Shown: positions 1 to 9,732, counted from the stretch's first letter. The stretch is DNA of 64,000 nt from Oscillospiraceae bacterium (GCA_009785335.1 WQWM01000005.1:24597-88596); one strand, 5' to 3'. Notes: generated from the sequence alone by a model not told the origin. Translations and numbers: made by a program.

Positions 1-215
1 TCACCGCGAAGCGGCTGGGTTTTTACATCAATCCCCACCTGCACGTCTGCGACGCGCTTTCCTCCCCCAATGACCCACCCCACAAATGCAAGCATTTGCG
101 GGGACCCCGGAGGGGGAAGCCTTGACAACACCTACACAACACATAAAAATCCACCGCGAAGCGGCATAGGTTTTTTTGGTTCTTTTTTTCCAAAAAAAGA
201 ACACGTGAAAAAGGA
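1..215. repeat. Fam-C repeat unit(s), truncated by window edge, ending in GTTC-T7-CC-A7-GAAC palindrome
   Basis: Same sequence as units at 2570-3045 and 4210-4460. Confidence 0.8.
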
Positions 216-221
216 GAGTGC

Positions 222-584
222 ATGTTCGAACAAGATTATGTGATGCGCATGATAGAAGGCATCGCCAAAATGCTGGGGCAGCTGGTGTTTCACAAACAGG
301 CGGACGCTGTGCAGCTGTTTGATCAACATGGCAATGTGACGGAAGAAGGCTTGCTGCTGCAGCGGCTGAAGGATATGCTGGCGTGCGGGCAGGTGAACGA
401 GGCAGAAAATCTGCTGTTTTCGTGGCTGGAAGAAAGCCGCGATCCCGGGATGTTGCCAGTGGCCATTGAGTTTTACCGCACACTGGCTGGCATGAATGAA
501 GCCGAGCTTGCGGCATGTGACTATACCCATGAGGAAATTGCCGAGGGGCTGCAGGCGGTGCAAAAAATGTTTGAAGAAGCGTAA
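222..584 (+). CDS. hypothetical soluble protein (120 aa)
   Basis: Track ORF; ATG shortly after AAAAGGAGAG SD; no family recognised by eye. Confidence 0.55.
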   Translation: MFEQDYVMRMIEGIAKMLGQLVFHKQADAVQLFDQHGNVTEEGLLLQRLKDMLACGQVNEAENLLFSWLEESRDPGMLPVAIEFYRTLAGMNEAELAACDYTHEEIAEGLQAVQKMFEEA

Positions 585-589
585 GTTGG

Positions 590-1135
590 AGGCGTGATAT
601 TTGCGTCGCTCCGCGAAGCGAGATGACGAGTTGCGGACGAGCACAGCTCGCCCCTACGCGTAATGCGGCCAAAGGCCGAACGAGCCCCCAAAAACATTCA
701 CCGCGAAGGGGTGATTTCGATGATGAGTGTGAGAAAAACGGGCGGCAGGTTGCCGCCCCTACACGTGCAACATCTACACATCCCGAAAAAATCCTCGCTT
801 CGCGAAATCCATCCCGGCACTGCGGTGCCACCCCTCCACACTCCACCCCAAAAATGCAAGCTTTTCCGGGGACCCCGGCGGAGGGGAATGCGGATTGCTT
901 TTTCAACTCACGTTAAACGCGCAGCTCAATCGCAGTGCCCAGAATAAAGCACAGCGAAGCGACTGGCTCCCCGCAGGGGTGGTTCTTTTTTTCATCAACC
1001 CCCACCTGCACGTCTGCGACGCGCTTTCCTCCCCCGGCGGGGGAGGCCTTGGCAACACTTACACATTCCTATAAAAATTCACCGCGAAGCGGCTAAAGTT
1101 TTTTGCGCAACTTTTTTTCAAAAAAGTTGCAAAAG
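590..1135. repeat. repeat mosaic (REP hairpin ~739-763, Fam-D ~940-985, Fam-C unit ~985-1130)
   Basis: Module-by-module identity with other intergenic regions. Confidence 0.8.
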
Positions 1136-1146
1136 GAGAACATACG

Positions 1147-2187
1147 ATGAGACGTAATAACTGGACGAAATATGCGCAGGTGCTGCTGGCGGCAATTAGT
1201 ATATTGCTGGTGGCATTGGCTGCAAACGCACACACCCTTGCGCAACAAGAGTGGATGCTGCAAATTGAAGGTATTCCGATTTCACGGCAGCTGTATAGCT
1301 ATTTTGTGGCACAGGCACTGGCTGAAGTTGAGCGCGACGCAAATGGCGTGCCGCTTGACATGGAAGAACTGCGCACTCGCGCTGCTGCACAGGCCATTGC
1401 TTTTGTGGCGCTGAATAGCGAAATGCATAACCAAGGTATCTCGCTTGAGCCATACATGCGCGCCATGATAGCACAACGCACGGCCTTGCTGTGGCGAACG
1501 TTTGGCAACTACTACACTCGTTTGGGCATTGACAAAGAAACCGTGGCACAGGTGCAAAACAGCATTGCTGCACAAGACCGCTTGTTCCGTGCGCTATATG
1601 ACACAAATGGGCTGCGCGAAGTGCCGGAAGAAAGTCTGGAGTCGTTTTTCTATGGCAATTTTGCAGCCATTGACGGACTGCGCTTGCCCTTGCGCGTGAT
1701 TGAAGATGACGGCAGCGAACGCGCCATGACTCAAACCGAACGCGGTATATTAGTAGACACCATGCGTGCCATGGCGGTGGAGGCTAACCGTGAAGGTGGT
1801 CCGCCGCTGTTTATTCTGGCGCAGGAAGAACTGTTCGCAACGACGATGGGCTATGCCATGCCCATTGGCATGGTGCTGCGCCGCGACTTGGATTTGACCA
1901 GCGCAGACTTTGATCGTGTGATGGTGCTTAACACCGAACAGGTGACCGTGCTTGAACTGGACAACGAAGTGATTGTGGCGCACGGCGTGGATATGCGCGC
2001 GAGCAAAGAAGAGTTCTACTATATGTATCGCGCCTATTGCCTGCGCACGATGATGCTGCCCGCTTTTGAAGCCGACCTGCAACTGCTGTTTGCGCAATTC
2101 ACTGCAGATGAGAATGTGGCGGCGATAGAATCGCTGCTGAATGGCTGGAATTTTAGTTTTGGGTTTAGGGGAGTGGCGGAAGAGTAG
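1147..2187 (+). CDS. hypothetical membrane-anchored protein (346 aa)
   Basis: Track ORF; SD AAAAGGAGAA; N-terminal hydrophobic anchor YAQVLLAAISILLVALAANA; no catalytic motif recognised. Confidence 0.55.
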   Translation: MRRNNWTKYAQVLLAAISILLVALAANAHTLAQQEWMLQIEGIPISRQLYSYFVAQALAEVERDANGVPLDMEELRTRAAAQAIAFVALNSEMHNQGISLEPYMRAMIAQRTALLWRTFGNYYTRLGIDKETVAQVQNSIAAQDRLFRALYDTNGLREVPEESLESFFYGNFAAIDGLRLPLRVIEDDGSERAMTQTERGILVDTMRAMAVEANREGGPPLFILAQEELFATTMGYAMPIGMVLRRDLDLTSADFDRVMVLNTEQVTVLELDNEVIVAHGVDMRASKEEFYYMYRAYCLRTMMLPAFEADLQLLFAQFTADENVAAIESLLNGWNFSFGFRGVAEE

Positions 2188-2189
2188 GA

Positions 2190-2570
2190 GATTGCTTCAA
2201 ACAGGTAGCGGGTTGATGCAAACAGGTGGAGAATCCCGGGCGGCTTGCAAGCCGCCCCTACATGCGAAATTGCGTCGCTCCGCGAGCCTTCCTCACCCTC
2301 CCCGAGGTCGGGAGCTCCTTCCAGGGGAAGGAGCCTGGGGGCTTGAGAGGATAGCGACAGCGGAATCAGTGGCGAGATGTAGGGGCGGATGTGAATCCGC
2401 CCGAGCAAAAATAATGGTTTAAGATGTTATCCCGGGCGGCTTGCAAGCCGCCCCTACATGCGAAATTGCGACGTGCGCTCCTCCCCAAAGGAGAGCGGAA
2501 CGAAATGGATGCTCACGGCGCGCCAAAGGCACGCCCTATAGGAATGCGGCCAAAGGCCGAACAAGTCCCC
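2190..2570. repeat. repeat mosaic: REP 2235-2262, Fam-B ~2275-2365, inverted REP doublet 2378-2458
   Basis: CCCGGGCGGCTTGCAAGCCGCCCCTACA occurs twice; TGTAGGGGCGGATGTGAATCCGCCCG in opposite orientation. Confidence 0.85.
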
Positions 2571-3045
2571 TAAAAAATACACCGCGGAGCGGCATGAGGT
2601 TTTTTTGGTTCTTTTTTGCATCAACCCCCACCTGCACGTCTGCGACGCGCTTTCCTCCCCCAATGACCCACCCCAAAAATGCAAGCATTTGCGGGGACCC
2701 CGGAGGGGAGGCCTTGGCAATACCTACTCAGTTCATAAAGATTCCCACGCGAAGCGGCTAGGTTTTTTTGGTTCTTTTTTTGCATCAACCCCCACCTGCC
2801 GCCTGCGACGGCTTTCCTCCCCCGGCGGGGGAGGCCTTGGCAACACCTACACAGTTCATAAAAATCCCCACGCGAAGCGGCTAGGTTTTTTTGGTTCTTT
2901 TTTTGCATCAACCCCCATCTGCCGCCTGCGACGGCTTTCCTCCCCCGGCGGGGGAGGCCTTGGCAACACCTACACAGTTCATAAAAATCCCCACGCGAAG
3001 CGGCTAGGTTTTTTTGGTTCTTTTTTTGCAAAAAAAGAACACAAG
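2570..3045. repeat. tandem array of four Fam-C units (~163 bp then ~122-123 bp period)
   Basis: GGTTTTTTTGGTTCTTTTTTTGCATCAACCCCCA.. restarts near 2598, 2761, 2884, 3006; units 2 and 3 differ at one base as read. Confidence 0.9.
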
Positions 3046-3061
3046 AGAAAAGGAGATCGAC

Positions 3062-3841
3062 ATGAAGAAAAAGGTTTTAACGGCACTGATTTTGCTGGCA
3101 CTGTTCACGGTGGGATTTTTGCTGGGCGTGTTTGTGGTGGCACCGTTATTTAATCGCACCACCGAAACACCACGCGTGCCCACTGCCGACATGCTGCGCT
3201 TTCAAGCAGAGTACGAGGCGCTAAACGGCACACAAAATGCTGCCGGTACCCGCACGATGAAGACGATCGACATACCTGAGTTTAATCTGATTAGCTACAT
3301 CACCCCAGAAGAAATACTGGACATTGCCGACAATGGCACCGGCTTGATTTTCTTCAGTTTTCCGCAGTGCCCGTGGTGCCGCCAAATGGCACCACTGCTC
3401 ATTGACGTAGCCCTTGACATGGGCCTTGATGTCATTCACCACATTGACATGACGACCATACGCACCACGTGGGAACTGCAAGATGGCGTGCCGGTGATGA
3501 CCAATCCCGGGCATCCGTACTATCAAGACTTGCTGGTGGCATTTGAACGCGTGATTGAGCCGCTGCCGCTGAATCCGTTCCACTTGGTGGATGAAGATGG
3601 CGAACGCCACAACACCGAAGAACTGCGCATTTTTGTGCCAACCGTGGTGGCCATTCGCGATGGCCGCATTGTGGATTGGCATGTGTATACCTCCGAGCGG
3701 TCATTCCCAGGCAACGAGGGGAATTATCAGTGGGATGCACTGGATGCTGACGAAACCGCCGAACTGCGCGAGATTTATCAGCGTGTGATTGGCGCGATGA
3801 TTGTGACACCTGATTGCGGGGATAATAGCTTGGGGTGTTAG
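3062..3841 (+). CDS. thioredoxin-fold protein with CPWC motif and N-terminal signal/anchor (259 aa)
   Basis: In-frame ATG (MKKKVLTALILLALF) after AAAAGGAGA SD, inside track ORF 3014..3841 whose 5' extension is repeat-encoded; FSFPQCPWCRQ redox motif. Confidence 0.65.
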   Translation: MKKKVLTALILLALFTVGFLLGVFVVAPLFNRTTETPRVPTADMLRFQAEYEALNGTQNAAGTRTMKTIDIPEFNLISYITPEEILDIADNGTGLIFFSFPQCPWCRQMAPLLIDVALDMGLDVIHHIDMTTIRTTWELQDGVPVMTNPGHPYYQDLLVAFERVIEPLPLNPFHLVDEDGERHNTEELRIFVPTVVAIRDGRIVDWHVYTSERSFPGNEGNYQWDALDADETAELREIYQRVIGAMIVTPDCGDNSLGC

Positions 3842-4465
3842 CCACCTGCGGTGGGGCTCGGCCGCTTCGCTGTGTTCTATTATAGGAAGATAAGACTCAC
3901 GGGCGGCAGGTTGTGAGACCTACAGGCGGGACGGAAATCACGGGCGGCAGGTTGCCGCCCCTACACGCGAGGTCGCGTCGCTCCGCGAGCCTTCCTCACC
4001 CTCCCCGGGGTCGGGAGCTCCTTCCAGGGGAAGGAGCTTGGGGGCTTGAGAGGATAGCGACAGCAAGATTGCAACCCCCACCTGCACGCCTTACGGCATG
4101 CCATCTCCCCCAAGGCGGAGGCTTTGGCACTAGTGCTCCCCCCTGTCGCTACGCGACATCCCCCCTCACGGAGGGGGGCAAGGCGGCTCGCCGAAACATT
4201 CATAAATCGTAAATAATCCACCGCGAAGCGGCTAGGTTTTTTTGGTTCTTTTTTGCATCAACCCCCACCTGCACGTCTGCGACGCGCTTTCCTCCCCCAA
4301 AGGGGGAGGCCTTGGCAACACCTACACATTCCTACAAAAATCCTCGCTCCGCGAACACCACCCTCCACCGAGGGGAATTGAGATTGCTTTTTCAACTCTC
4401 ATATAATCATCCACCGCGAAGCGGCTAAAGTTTTTTGGTTCTTTTTTTCAAAAAAGAACAGAAAA
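3842..4465. repeat. repeat mosaic (Fam-D 3842-3890, REP 3941-3965, Fam-B, Fam-E, two Fam-C units)
   Basis: Module identity with other copies. Confidence 0.8.
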
Positions 4466-4478
4466 GGAGAAGAACAAC

Positions 4479-5708
4479 ATGAAACTACCCAAAGAGATTA
4501 AAAAAATTGTGCTGATGTATTCCGGTGGGCTGGACACATCGGTGATGCTGACGTGGCTGAAAGAGCACTACCCTGGCTGTGAGGTGATTGCTGTGGCCGG
4601 CGATGTTGGCCAAGGCATGGAACTGGAAGGTCTGGAAGAAAAAGCCCTCGCCACCGGCGCCAGCAAACTGTATGTGCTGGATCTGCGCGAAGAATTTGTG
4701 CATGACTTCATTTGGCCAACGCTGAAGGCAGGCGCGCGCTATGAGCGGGAGTATCTGCTGGGCACAGCCTTTGCGCGGCCCGTGATTGCCAAAGGCGTGG
4801 CAGACATCGCACGCAAAGAAGGCGCTGATGCCATTTGCCATGGCTGCACGGGCAAGGGGAATGATCAGGTGCGCTTTGAGCTGACTTTCAAACACTTTTG
4901 CCCCGGCATGCATATCATTGCACCGTGGCGCAGTTGGGAAATCAAGAGCCGCGATGATGCCATTGCCTATGCCGAGGCGCACAATATTCCGCTGAAGATT
5001 AACCGGGACACGAATTATAGCAAAGACAAGAATATCTGGCATCTTTCGCACGAAGGCCTCGACTTAGAAGACCCGGCAAACGAAGCGCCGCTGGGCAAGC
5101 CCGGCTTTTTGGAGCTGGGTGTGCGACCCGAAGATGCGCCGGATACACCGACGTATGTGACGATTGACTTCAAGCAGGGGATTCCTGTCGCCCTTGACGG
5201 CGAAACACTCGATGGCGTGACGCTGATTGAACGATTGAATGCAATCGGCGGGGCAAACGGCGTGGGCATTGACGACTTGGTGGAAAATCGCCTGGTTGGG
5301 ATGAAGAGCCGCGGGGTATATGAAAATCCCGCTGGGCGGATTCTCTATAAAGCTCATGATGTGCTGGAGACGATCACGCTTGACCGCGACACGCAGCACT
5401 ATAAAGAGCTGATTGCTGCGCGCTATGGCGAGTTGGTGTATTTCGGCCAGTGGTATACGCCGCTGCGCGAGGCACTGGATGCCTTTGTGGATTCGACCCA
5501 GCGCAATGTGACGGGCGAAGTGAAAATTAAGCTATATAAGGGCAATATCACCAGCGCGGGTGTGACATCGCCGAACTCGCTGTGGAGCGAAGCTTTTGCG
5601 ACCTTCAACGAAGACGATGTGTATGACCAAGGCGACAGCGCGGGGTTCATTAATCTGTTTGGATTGAGCATGAGGATGCAGGGGATGTTGCGGGAGTTTG
5701 GGGAATAG
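4479..5708 (+). CDS. argG: argininosuccinate synthase
   Basis: 409-aa ORF; YSGGLDTS N-type ATP-pyrophosphatase loop, [14 protein letters not shown], overall ArgG layout; SD AAAAGGAGAAG. Confidence 0.95.
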   Translation: MKLPKEIKKIVLMYSGGLDTSVMLTWLKEHYPGCEVIAVAGDVGQGMELEGLEEKALATGASKLYVLDLREEFVHDFIWPTLKAGARYEREYLLGTAFARPVIAKGVADIARKEGADAICHGCTGKGNDQVRFELTFKHFCPGMHIIAPWRSWEIKSRDDAIAYAEAHNIPLKINRDTNYSKDKNIWHLSHEGLDLEDPANEAPLGKPGFLELGVRPEDAPDTPTYVTIDFKQGIPVALDGETLDGVTLIERLNAIGGANGVGIDDLVENRLVGMKSRGVYENPAGRILYKAHDVLETITLDRDTQHYKELIAARYGELVYFGQWYTPLREALDAFVDSTQRNVTGEVKIKLYKGNITSAGVTSPNSLWSEAFATFNEDDVYDQGDSAGFINLFGLSMRMQGMLREFGE

Positions 5709-5745
5709 TTGGGCAGTGGCACTCGTTCGACCGTCGTAAAGCTCA

Positions 5746-6055
5746 CGGGCGGCTTGCAAGCCGCCCCTACATGTTGACGCAGCTTACAGCGAAATCATCG
5801 CTCCGCGAGCCTTCCTCAGTCCGACCCGAGGTCGGCCAGCTCCTTCCCAAGGAAGGAGCTAAGGACTTAAGAGGATAACGACAGCACAGCGTGCGGCGGG
5901 ATGTAGGGGCGGCTTGTAAGCCGCCCGAAAGTCTACACTGCCGCCCCTACATGTTGACGCAGCTTACAGCGAAATCATCGCTCCGCGAACCTTCCTCAGT
6001 CCGACCCGAGGTCGGCCAGCTCCTTCCCGAGGAAGGAGCCGAGGTTTAAGACAGC
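5746..6055. repeat. two direct ~105-bp REP-arm+Fam-B composites (5761-5870, 5941-6050) plus REPs 5746-5771, 5902-5927
   Basis: Copies differ at 2-3 positions as read; 180-bp period. Confidence 0.85.
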
Positions 6056-6088
6056 ACATTTTTATAAAAAAGAATCGAGGGTAACGCA

Positions 6089-6727
6089 ATGACAACTTGG
6101 AAAGACGACTTTTTCGCCATGGTGAACAACCGCGTATTCTGCCTGACGTGCCTAGTGGTAGGCATGAGTTTTTTGATCGGCTACACGTTTATTTTGAACC
6201 CGGCGGAACATACCATCAGCATGATTGGCCTGGAACACCCATGGCTGTTTCGGCTGTGGGGATTGGTGGCGGCCATCATTGCCGTGCTAAACAACCGTTA
6301 TATGATGCGACGCTATGACTTTAAGAGCAAATTATGCACAATTGGCATGGTTGTGGGTTGCGTGGGCATTGCGCTTTCGGTGAATATCCCCACAACGGAT
6401 GACTGGGGCTGGCAATTGGTGGGGCACTGGGGCACCGCGATTGTATTCGGTGTGAGCATGGTGCTGCCTGCAAGCCTGCTGTTGCTGCGCGGGGCGATCA
6501 AACAAAAAAGTCGCCGCGCATTGATTGTGTTGGTTGCACTTGTGCCGGTTTCGCTGGGCATGCTGACTTGGCTGTTTATCGACAAAGGCGGCATTGCACA
6601 GCAGGTGATTATGGCGTTTTTAATTGGGGCACTGGCGTTGCTGAATTATACCAAACTGTTTAACGATTGCTTGCCGGAAGATGCTTGCCCTGCGCAAGGT
6701 GAAGCAAAGGAAGCAATTGCCACATAG
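6089..6727 (+). CDS. polytopic membrane protein, unknown function (212 aa)
   Basis: Track ORF with about six hydrophobic segments; no motif recognised. Confidence 0.55.
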   Translation: MTTWKDDFFAMVNNRVFCLTCLVVGMSFLIGYTFILNPAEHTISMIGLEHPWLFRLWGLVAAIIAVLNNRYMMRRYDFKSKLCTIGMVVGCVGIALSVNIPTTDDWGWQLVGHWGTAIVFGVSMVLPASLLLLRGAIKQKSRRALIVLVALVPVSLGMLTWLFIDKGGIAQQVIMAFLIGALALLNYTKLFNDCLPEDACPAQGEAKEAIAT

Positions 6728-6754
6728 AGCAACCCGCAGCCAGAGGCGATGCGC

Positions 6755-6783
6755 TTGACATTGCTCCGTGGTTGTGCTATACT
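6755..6783 (+). promoter_or_regulatory. sigma-70-type promoter (TTGACA-17-TATACT) for GH18-like gene
   Basis: Hexamers read directly, 17-nt spacer. Confidence 0.6.
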
Positions 6784-6817
6784 GTTTATACCTTAAAGAA
6801 ATAGGAGTTCAACGAAA

Positions 6818-8212
6818 ATGTCGACCGAACGTATTATTGCTATCTTGCTTTCCATTGGTCTGCTTGGGGGCTTGCTAGGCTTTGGCATCTTCAGCATTGC
6901 AACTGCCAACACCATGCGCCCCGGCGACAGCATTGAACTGCAGCTTGACGAAGTGCAAACATTTAACAATATCGTGCTGCGGGAACCCGGCGTTGCTTAT
7001 GGACAACCGGGTAATGTCCGTCTGTTCCATATTGAAGCATACCTCGACGGGCAGTGGGAGAAAATCTATGGCAGCGATGTGATTGGCGCGTTTCGCATGT
7101 GCGTGGTTGACGAAGTGCAAGCGTCGGCCATTCGCTTGACGATTGCAGAAACCGCAAGACGCCGCCGCGTGCAAGTGCCTGAGATGGAAGTTGCGCTGCA
7201 AGAGCCCGTGGAGCGGGATGCCCCCTTCCGCGTGGTGGGCTACTTCCATCCAAATGTGTTCATTTATGATGACATTGCGAACTACGCCGACCAGTTTGAC
7301 ACGGTAACCCATGCGATTTACATCGGCAACACACAACTGTTTGCCGACGAAGATGGTCGCCCAACACTGGTGCGCAACGCTGCTTCGCCGCAAAACATCG
7401 CCGATTTGCAAGCCGCAATTGGTGACCGCGACGTGAAGCTTTTCGTATCACTGACTTGCGGCGAGCGCATCAACGGCTTAAACCCGCTGACCGATGACCC
7501 AGAAGACATTGCGCGCCTTGCACAACAGGCCTTTGACATTGCGATGGAACACGGGCTTGCTGGGGTGGAAGTGAACTTTGAAGGCACTTGGGCGAACAGC
7601 CGTGCTCATCGCGCGGGCTATAGCATGTTGATTGAACAGCTCGGCTCCATGCTGCACGAAGTTGGCAAGCAAATCATGGTTTCGGTCATTCCGTCATATC
7701 GCTTTACTGTGCAGGCCCTGGAGACTCTCGACTATATCAACATCATGACCTATGACCACAGCGACACCGAACAGGTGTGGCATTCCACCTATAACGCCAT
7801 GCTGCGCGATATTTATCTGTTGGCTGTGCGCGGCGTGCCGCTGATTGACGCGCAGGGCAATAACCTCACATGTGCATGTGCACACATGCCCTTCCCGCGG
7901 GAAAGACTCAATGGCGGCGTGCCGTTTTATGGCATGGGCAATCTGGGCGGCGTGCGCGAATGGAACAGAACGTTTTCATTCCAGCACATCTATCGCCAAG
8001 CTGACGGCGACTTTAATCCCCACGCTAACTACTGCTTTGTGACGTATTCCTACTACAACGGCCCAACAACCATCCGCGACAAAACAGCTTATATGATGAT
8101 TCATGCGGACATTGGGGGTATTATGATTTGGGCGCTGAACCACGATGTGGAATTTGAGAATGAGCATTCGTTGCTGCGGACGATTCAGAATACGATTGAC
8201 ATGTTTTCGTAG
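6818..8212 (+). CDS. glycoside hydrolase family 18-like TIM-barrel protein with N-terminal anchor and discoidin-like domain
   Basis: 464-aa ORF behind consensus promoter; GH18-like strands (FRVVGYF.., LFVSL.., GLAGVEVNFEG, INIMTYDH, IGGIMIWAL); the DxxDxDxE box reads AGVEVNFE. Confidence 0.6.
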   Translation: MSTERIIAILLSIGLLGGLLGFGIFSIATANTMRPGDSIELQLDEVQTFNNIVLREPGVAYGQPGNVRLFHIEAYLDGQWEKIYGSDVIGAFRMCVVDEVQASAIRLTIAETARRRRVQVPEMEVALQEPVERDAPFRVVGYFHPNVFIYDDIANYADQFDTVTHAIYIGNTQLFADEDGRPTLVRNAASPQNIADLQAAIGDRDVKLFVSLTCGERINGLNPLTDDPEDIARLAQQAFDIAMEHGLAGVEVNFEGTWANSRAHRAGYSMLIEQLGSMLHEVGKQIMVSVIPSYRFTVQALETLDYINIMTYDHSDTEQVWHSTYNAMLRDIYLLAVRGVPLIDAQGNNLTCACAHMPFPRERLNGGVPFYGMGNLGGVREWNRTFSFQHIYRQADGDFNPHANYCFVTYSYYNGPTTIRDKTAYMMIHADIGGIMIWALNHDVEFENEHSLLRTIQNTIDMFS

Positions 8213-8214
8213 GC

Positions 8215-8480
8215 GATTGAGGTAGCACGGCGCTGCAAAGCAACGCCCCTAGCGTGTGTCTTCAAATATCGAAGCGCCTAAAACCAGCATGTAGGGGCGG
8301 CAATGCCACCGAATAATACCTTAAACCAGTATTTTTGTCCGGGCGGATTTGCATCCGCCCCTACATGCTGACGCGGGCGAGATGTAGGCGCAAGTTGCGT
8401 CGCTACGCAAGCCTTCCTCACCCTCCCCGAGGTCGGGAGCTCCTTCCTGAGGAAGGAGCTAAGGATTAGACGGTGAACAA
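8215..8480. repeat. repeat mosaic (degenerate and intact REPs ~8290-8365, Fam-B)
   Basis: Module identity. Confidence 0.75.
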
Positions 8481-8544
8481 CAGCATATTCTATGGGTTCG
8501 CTTGCGGATTGACACAACATTGCGAAAAATTTCAAACAAAACGC

Positions 8545-8573
8545 TTGACAAGCTCACGCAAGTGTGCTATACT
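8545..8573 (+). promoter_or_regulatory. promoter TTGACA-17-TATACT for rpmB
   Basis: Hexamers read directly. Confidence 0.65.
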
Positions 8574-8609
8574 ACAAGTTAGCTGTTCTTTAGCAAAGGA
8601 GGTGCCAAC

Positions 8610-8798
8610 ATGGCAAAATGTGATTATTGCGGCAAAGGCGTGACCTTCGGCATTAAAGTGTCGCACTCCCACCGCCGCTCCAACCGCACGTGGAAGCCCA
8701 ACGTGAAACGCGTGAAGGCTATCGTGAACGGTTCGCCCAAGCGTGTGCATGCTTGCACGCGTTGCCTGCGCAGCGGCAATGTGACCCGCGCGGTTTAG
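8610..8798 (+). CDS. rpmB: 50S ribosomal protein L28
   Basis: 62-aa basic ORF MAKCDYCGKG..SHSHRRSNRTWKPN; consensus promoter and AAGGAGG SD. Confidence 0.95.
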   Translation: MAKCDYCGKGVTFGIKVSHSHRRSNRTWKPNVKRVKAIVNGSPKRVHACTRCLRSGNVTRAV

Positions 8799-9265
8799 CA
8801 CCTGCGGTGCGGCTCCGTCGCTTCGCTGTGTTCTATTACAGCAAGAAAAAGCTTAAGGTAGGGACGTGTTCCCTGCCTTTTGTCACGTCTGCGGTGAGCA
8901 CGGTCGCTTCGCTGTGTTCTATTAATTATAAGCAAGACAATCGCTCTGCGAAGACCACCCCGCGCCTGCGGGCGCAGCCCTCCACACCCACCCCACAAAG
9001 CAGACTTTGCGGGGGCCCCGCGGAGGGAATTGGGGATTAAGGAGAAAACGACAGCGAAACTTTCGGCGGGATGTAGGGGCGGCTTGCAAGCCACCCGCGA
9101 TGACCACTTATGCCAATATTTTTGCCCGGGCGGCAATTTTGCCGCCCCTACAGGCACTGAATAGCCGAAAGCGACAGAAAAAACCTCGCTCCGCGAGCCT
9201 TCCTCACCCCTCGCGGCTCGGGGAGCTCCTTCCAGGGGAAGGAGCTGAGGTTTAAAAGAATAATG
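8799..9265. repeat. repeat mosaic beginning with Fam-D immediately after rpmB stop; REP doublet ~9072-9152; Fam-B
   Basis: Module identity. Confidence 0.8.
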
Positions 9266-9290
9266 ACAGTTGACCAGGAAAGGATAGTGC

Positions 9291-9731
9291 ATGTATCAGA
9301 TCATTCCCTATGCCCCGCAATATCGCGATGACATGATTTTTTGCCTGCTGCTGGCCAAAGATGCGCTGGGCTACGTGCCGCATCTCAATGAAGACCTACT
9401 GAATGTGCAAGCGAACTATTTCGCCCGCGGCGATGCATTTTGGCTGGCCGTGGATAACAACGATCGCGTGATTGGCATGGTGGGTACGCACACGGTTTCG
9501 GCTGACGAGCTATGGCTGAAGCGACTGTATGTCAAACCCAACTGCAAGCGACAGGGCGTCGCTTCGGCTTTGTTGCGCATGGCGGAGGACTTTGCGCGCG
9601 CCAAAGGCATTGCGTGCGTGCATACGCGGTTTAATGATGATTATCATGAAGCAGCAGGGTTTTATCCTGCGATGGGCTTTGTGGCGACCGAGCGCAGCGA
9701 TGGATGTCGGCATTTGGTGAAGCGCGTGTAG
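9291..9731 (+). CDS. GNAT family N-acetyltransferase
   Basis: 146 aa; acetyl-CoA motif A-like KRQGVASALLRMAEDFARAKG. Confidence 0.8.
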   Translation: MYQIIPYAPQYRDDMIFCLLLAKDALGYVPHLNEDLLNVQANYFARGDAFWLAVDNNDRVIGMVGTHTVSADELWLKRLYVKPNCKRQGVASALLRMAEDFARAKGIACVHTRFNDDYHEAAGFYPAMGFVATERSDGCRHLVKRV

Positions 9732-9732
9732 A

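Noticed and set aside
28-906. 292-aa minus-strand ORF, with overlapping ORFs 623..916 and 663..947
   Set aside because: It runs entirely through repeat modules (Fam-C, REP, Fam-B-like). The same peptide strings recur in other repeat-derived ORFs, and there is no SD or coherent domain.
2570-3045. Possible CRISPR array
   Set aside because: The units are contiguous and near-identical throughout. There are no unique spacers and no cas genes, and the same unit is dispersed singly elsewhere.
2605-3153. 182-aa plus-strand ORF and 136-aa minus-strand ORF (2621..3031) with internally repeated peptides
   Set aside because: The periodic peptides simply mirror the 122-bp tandem repeat. The real gene starts at 3062 with its own SD and signal peptide.
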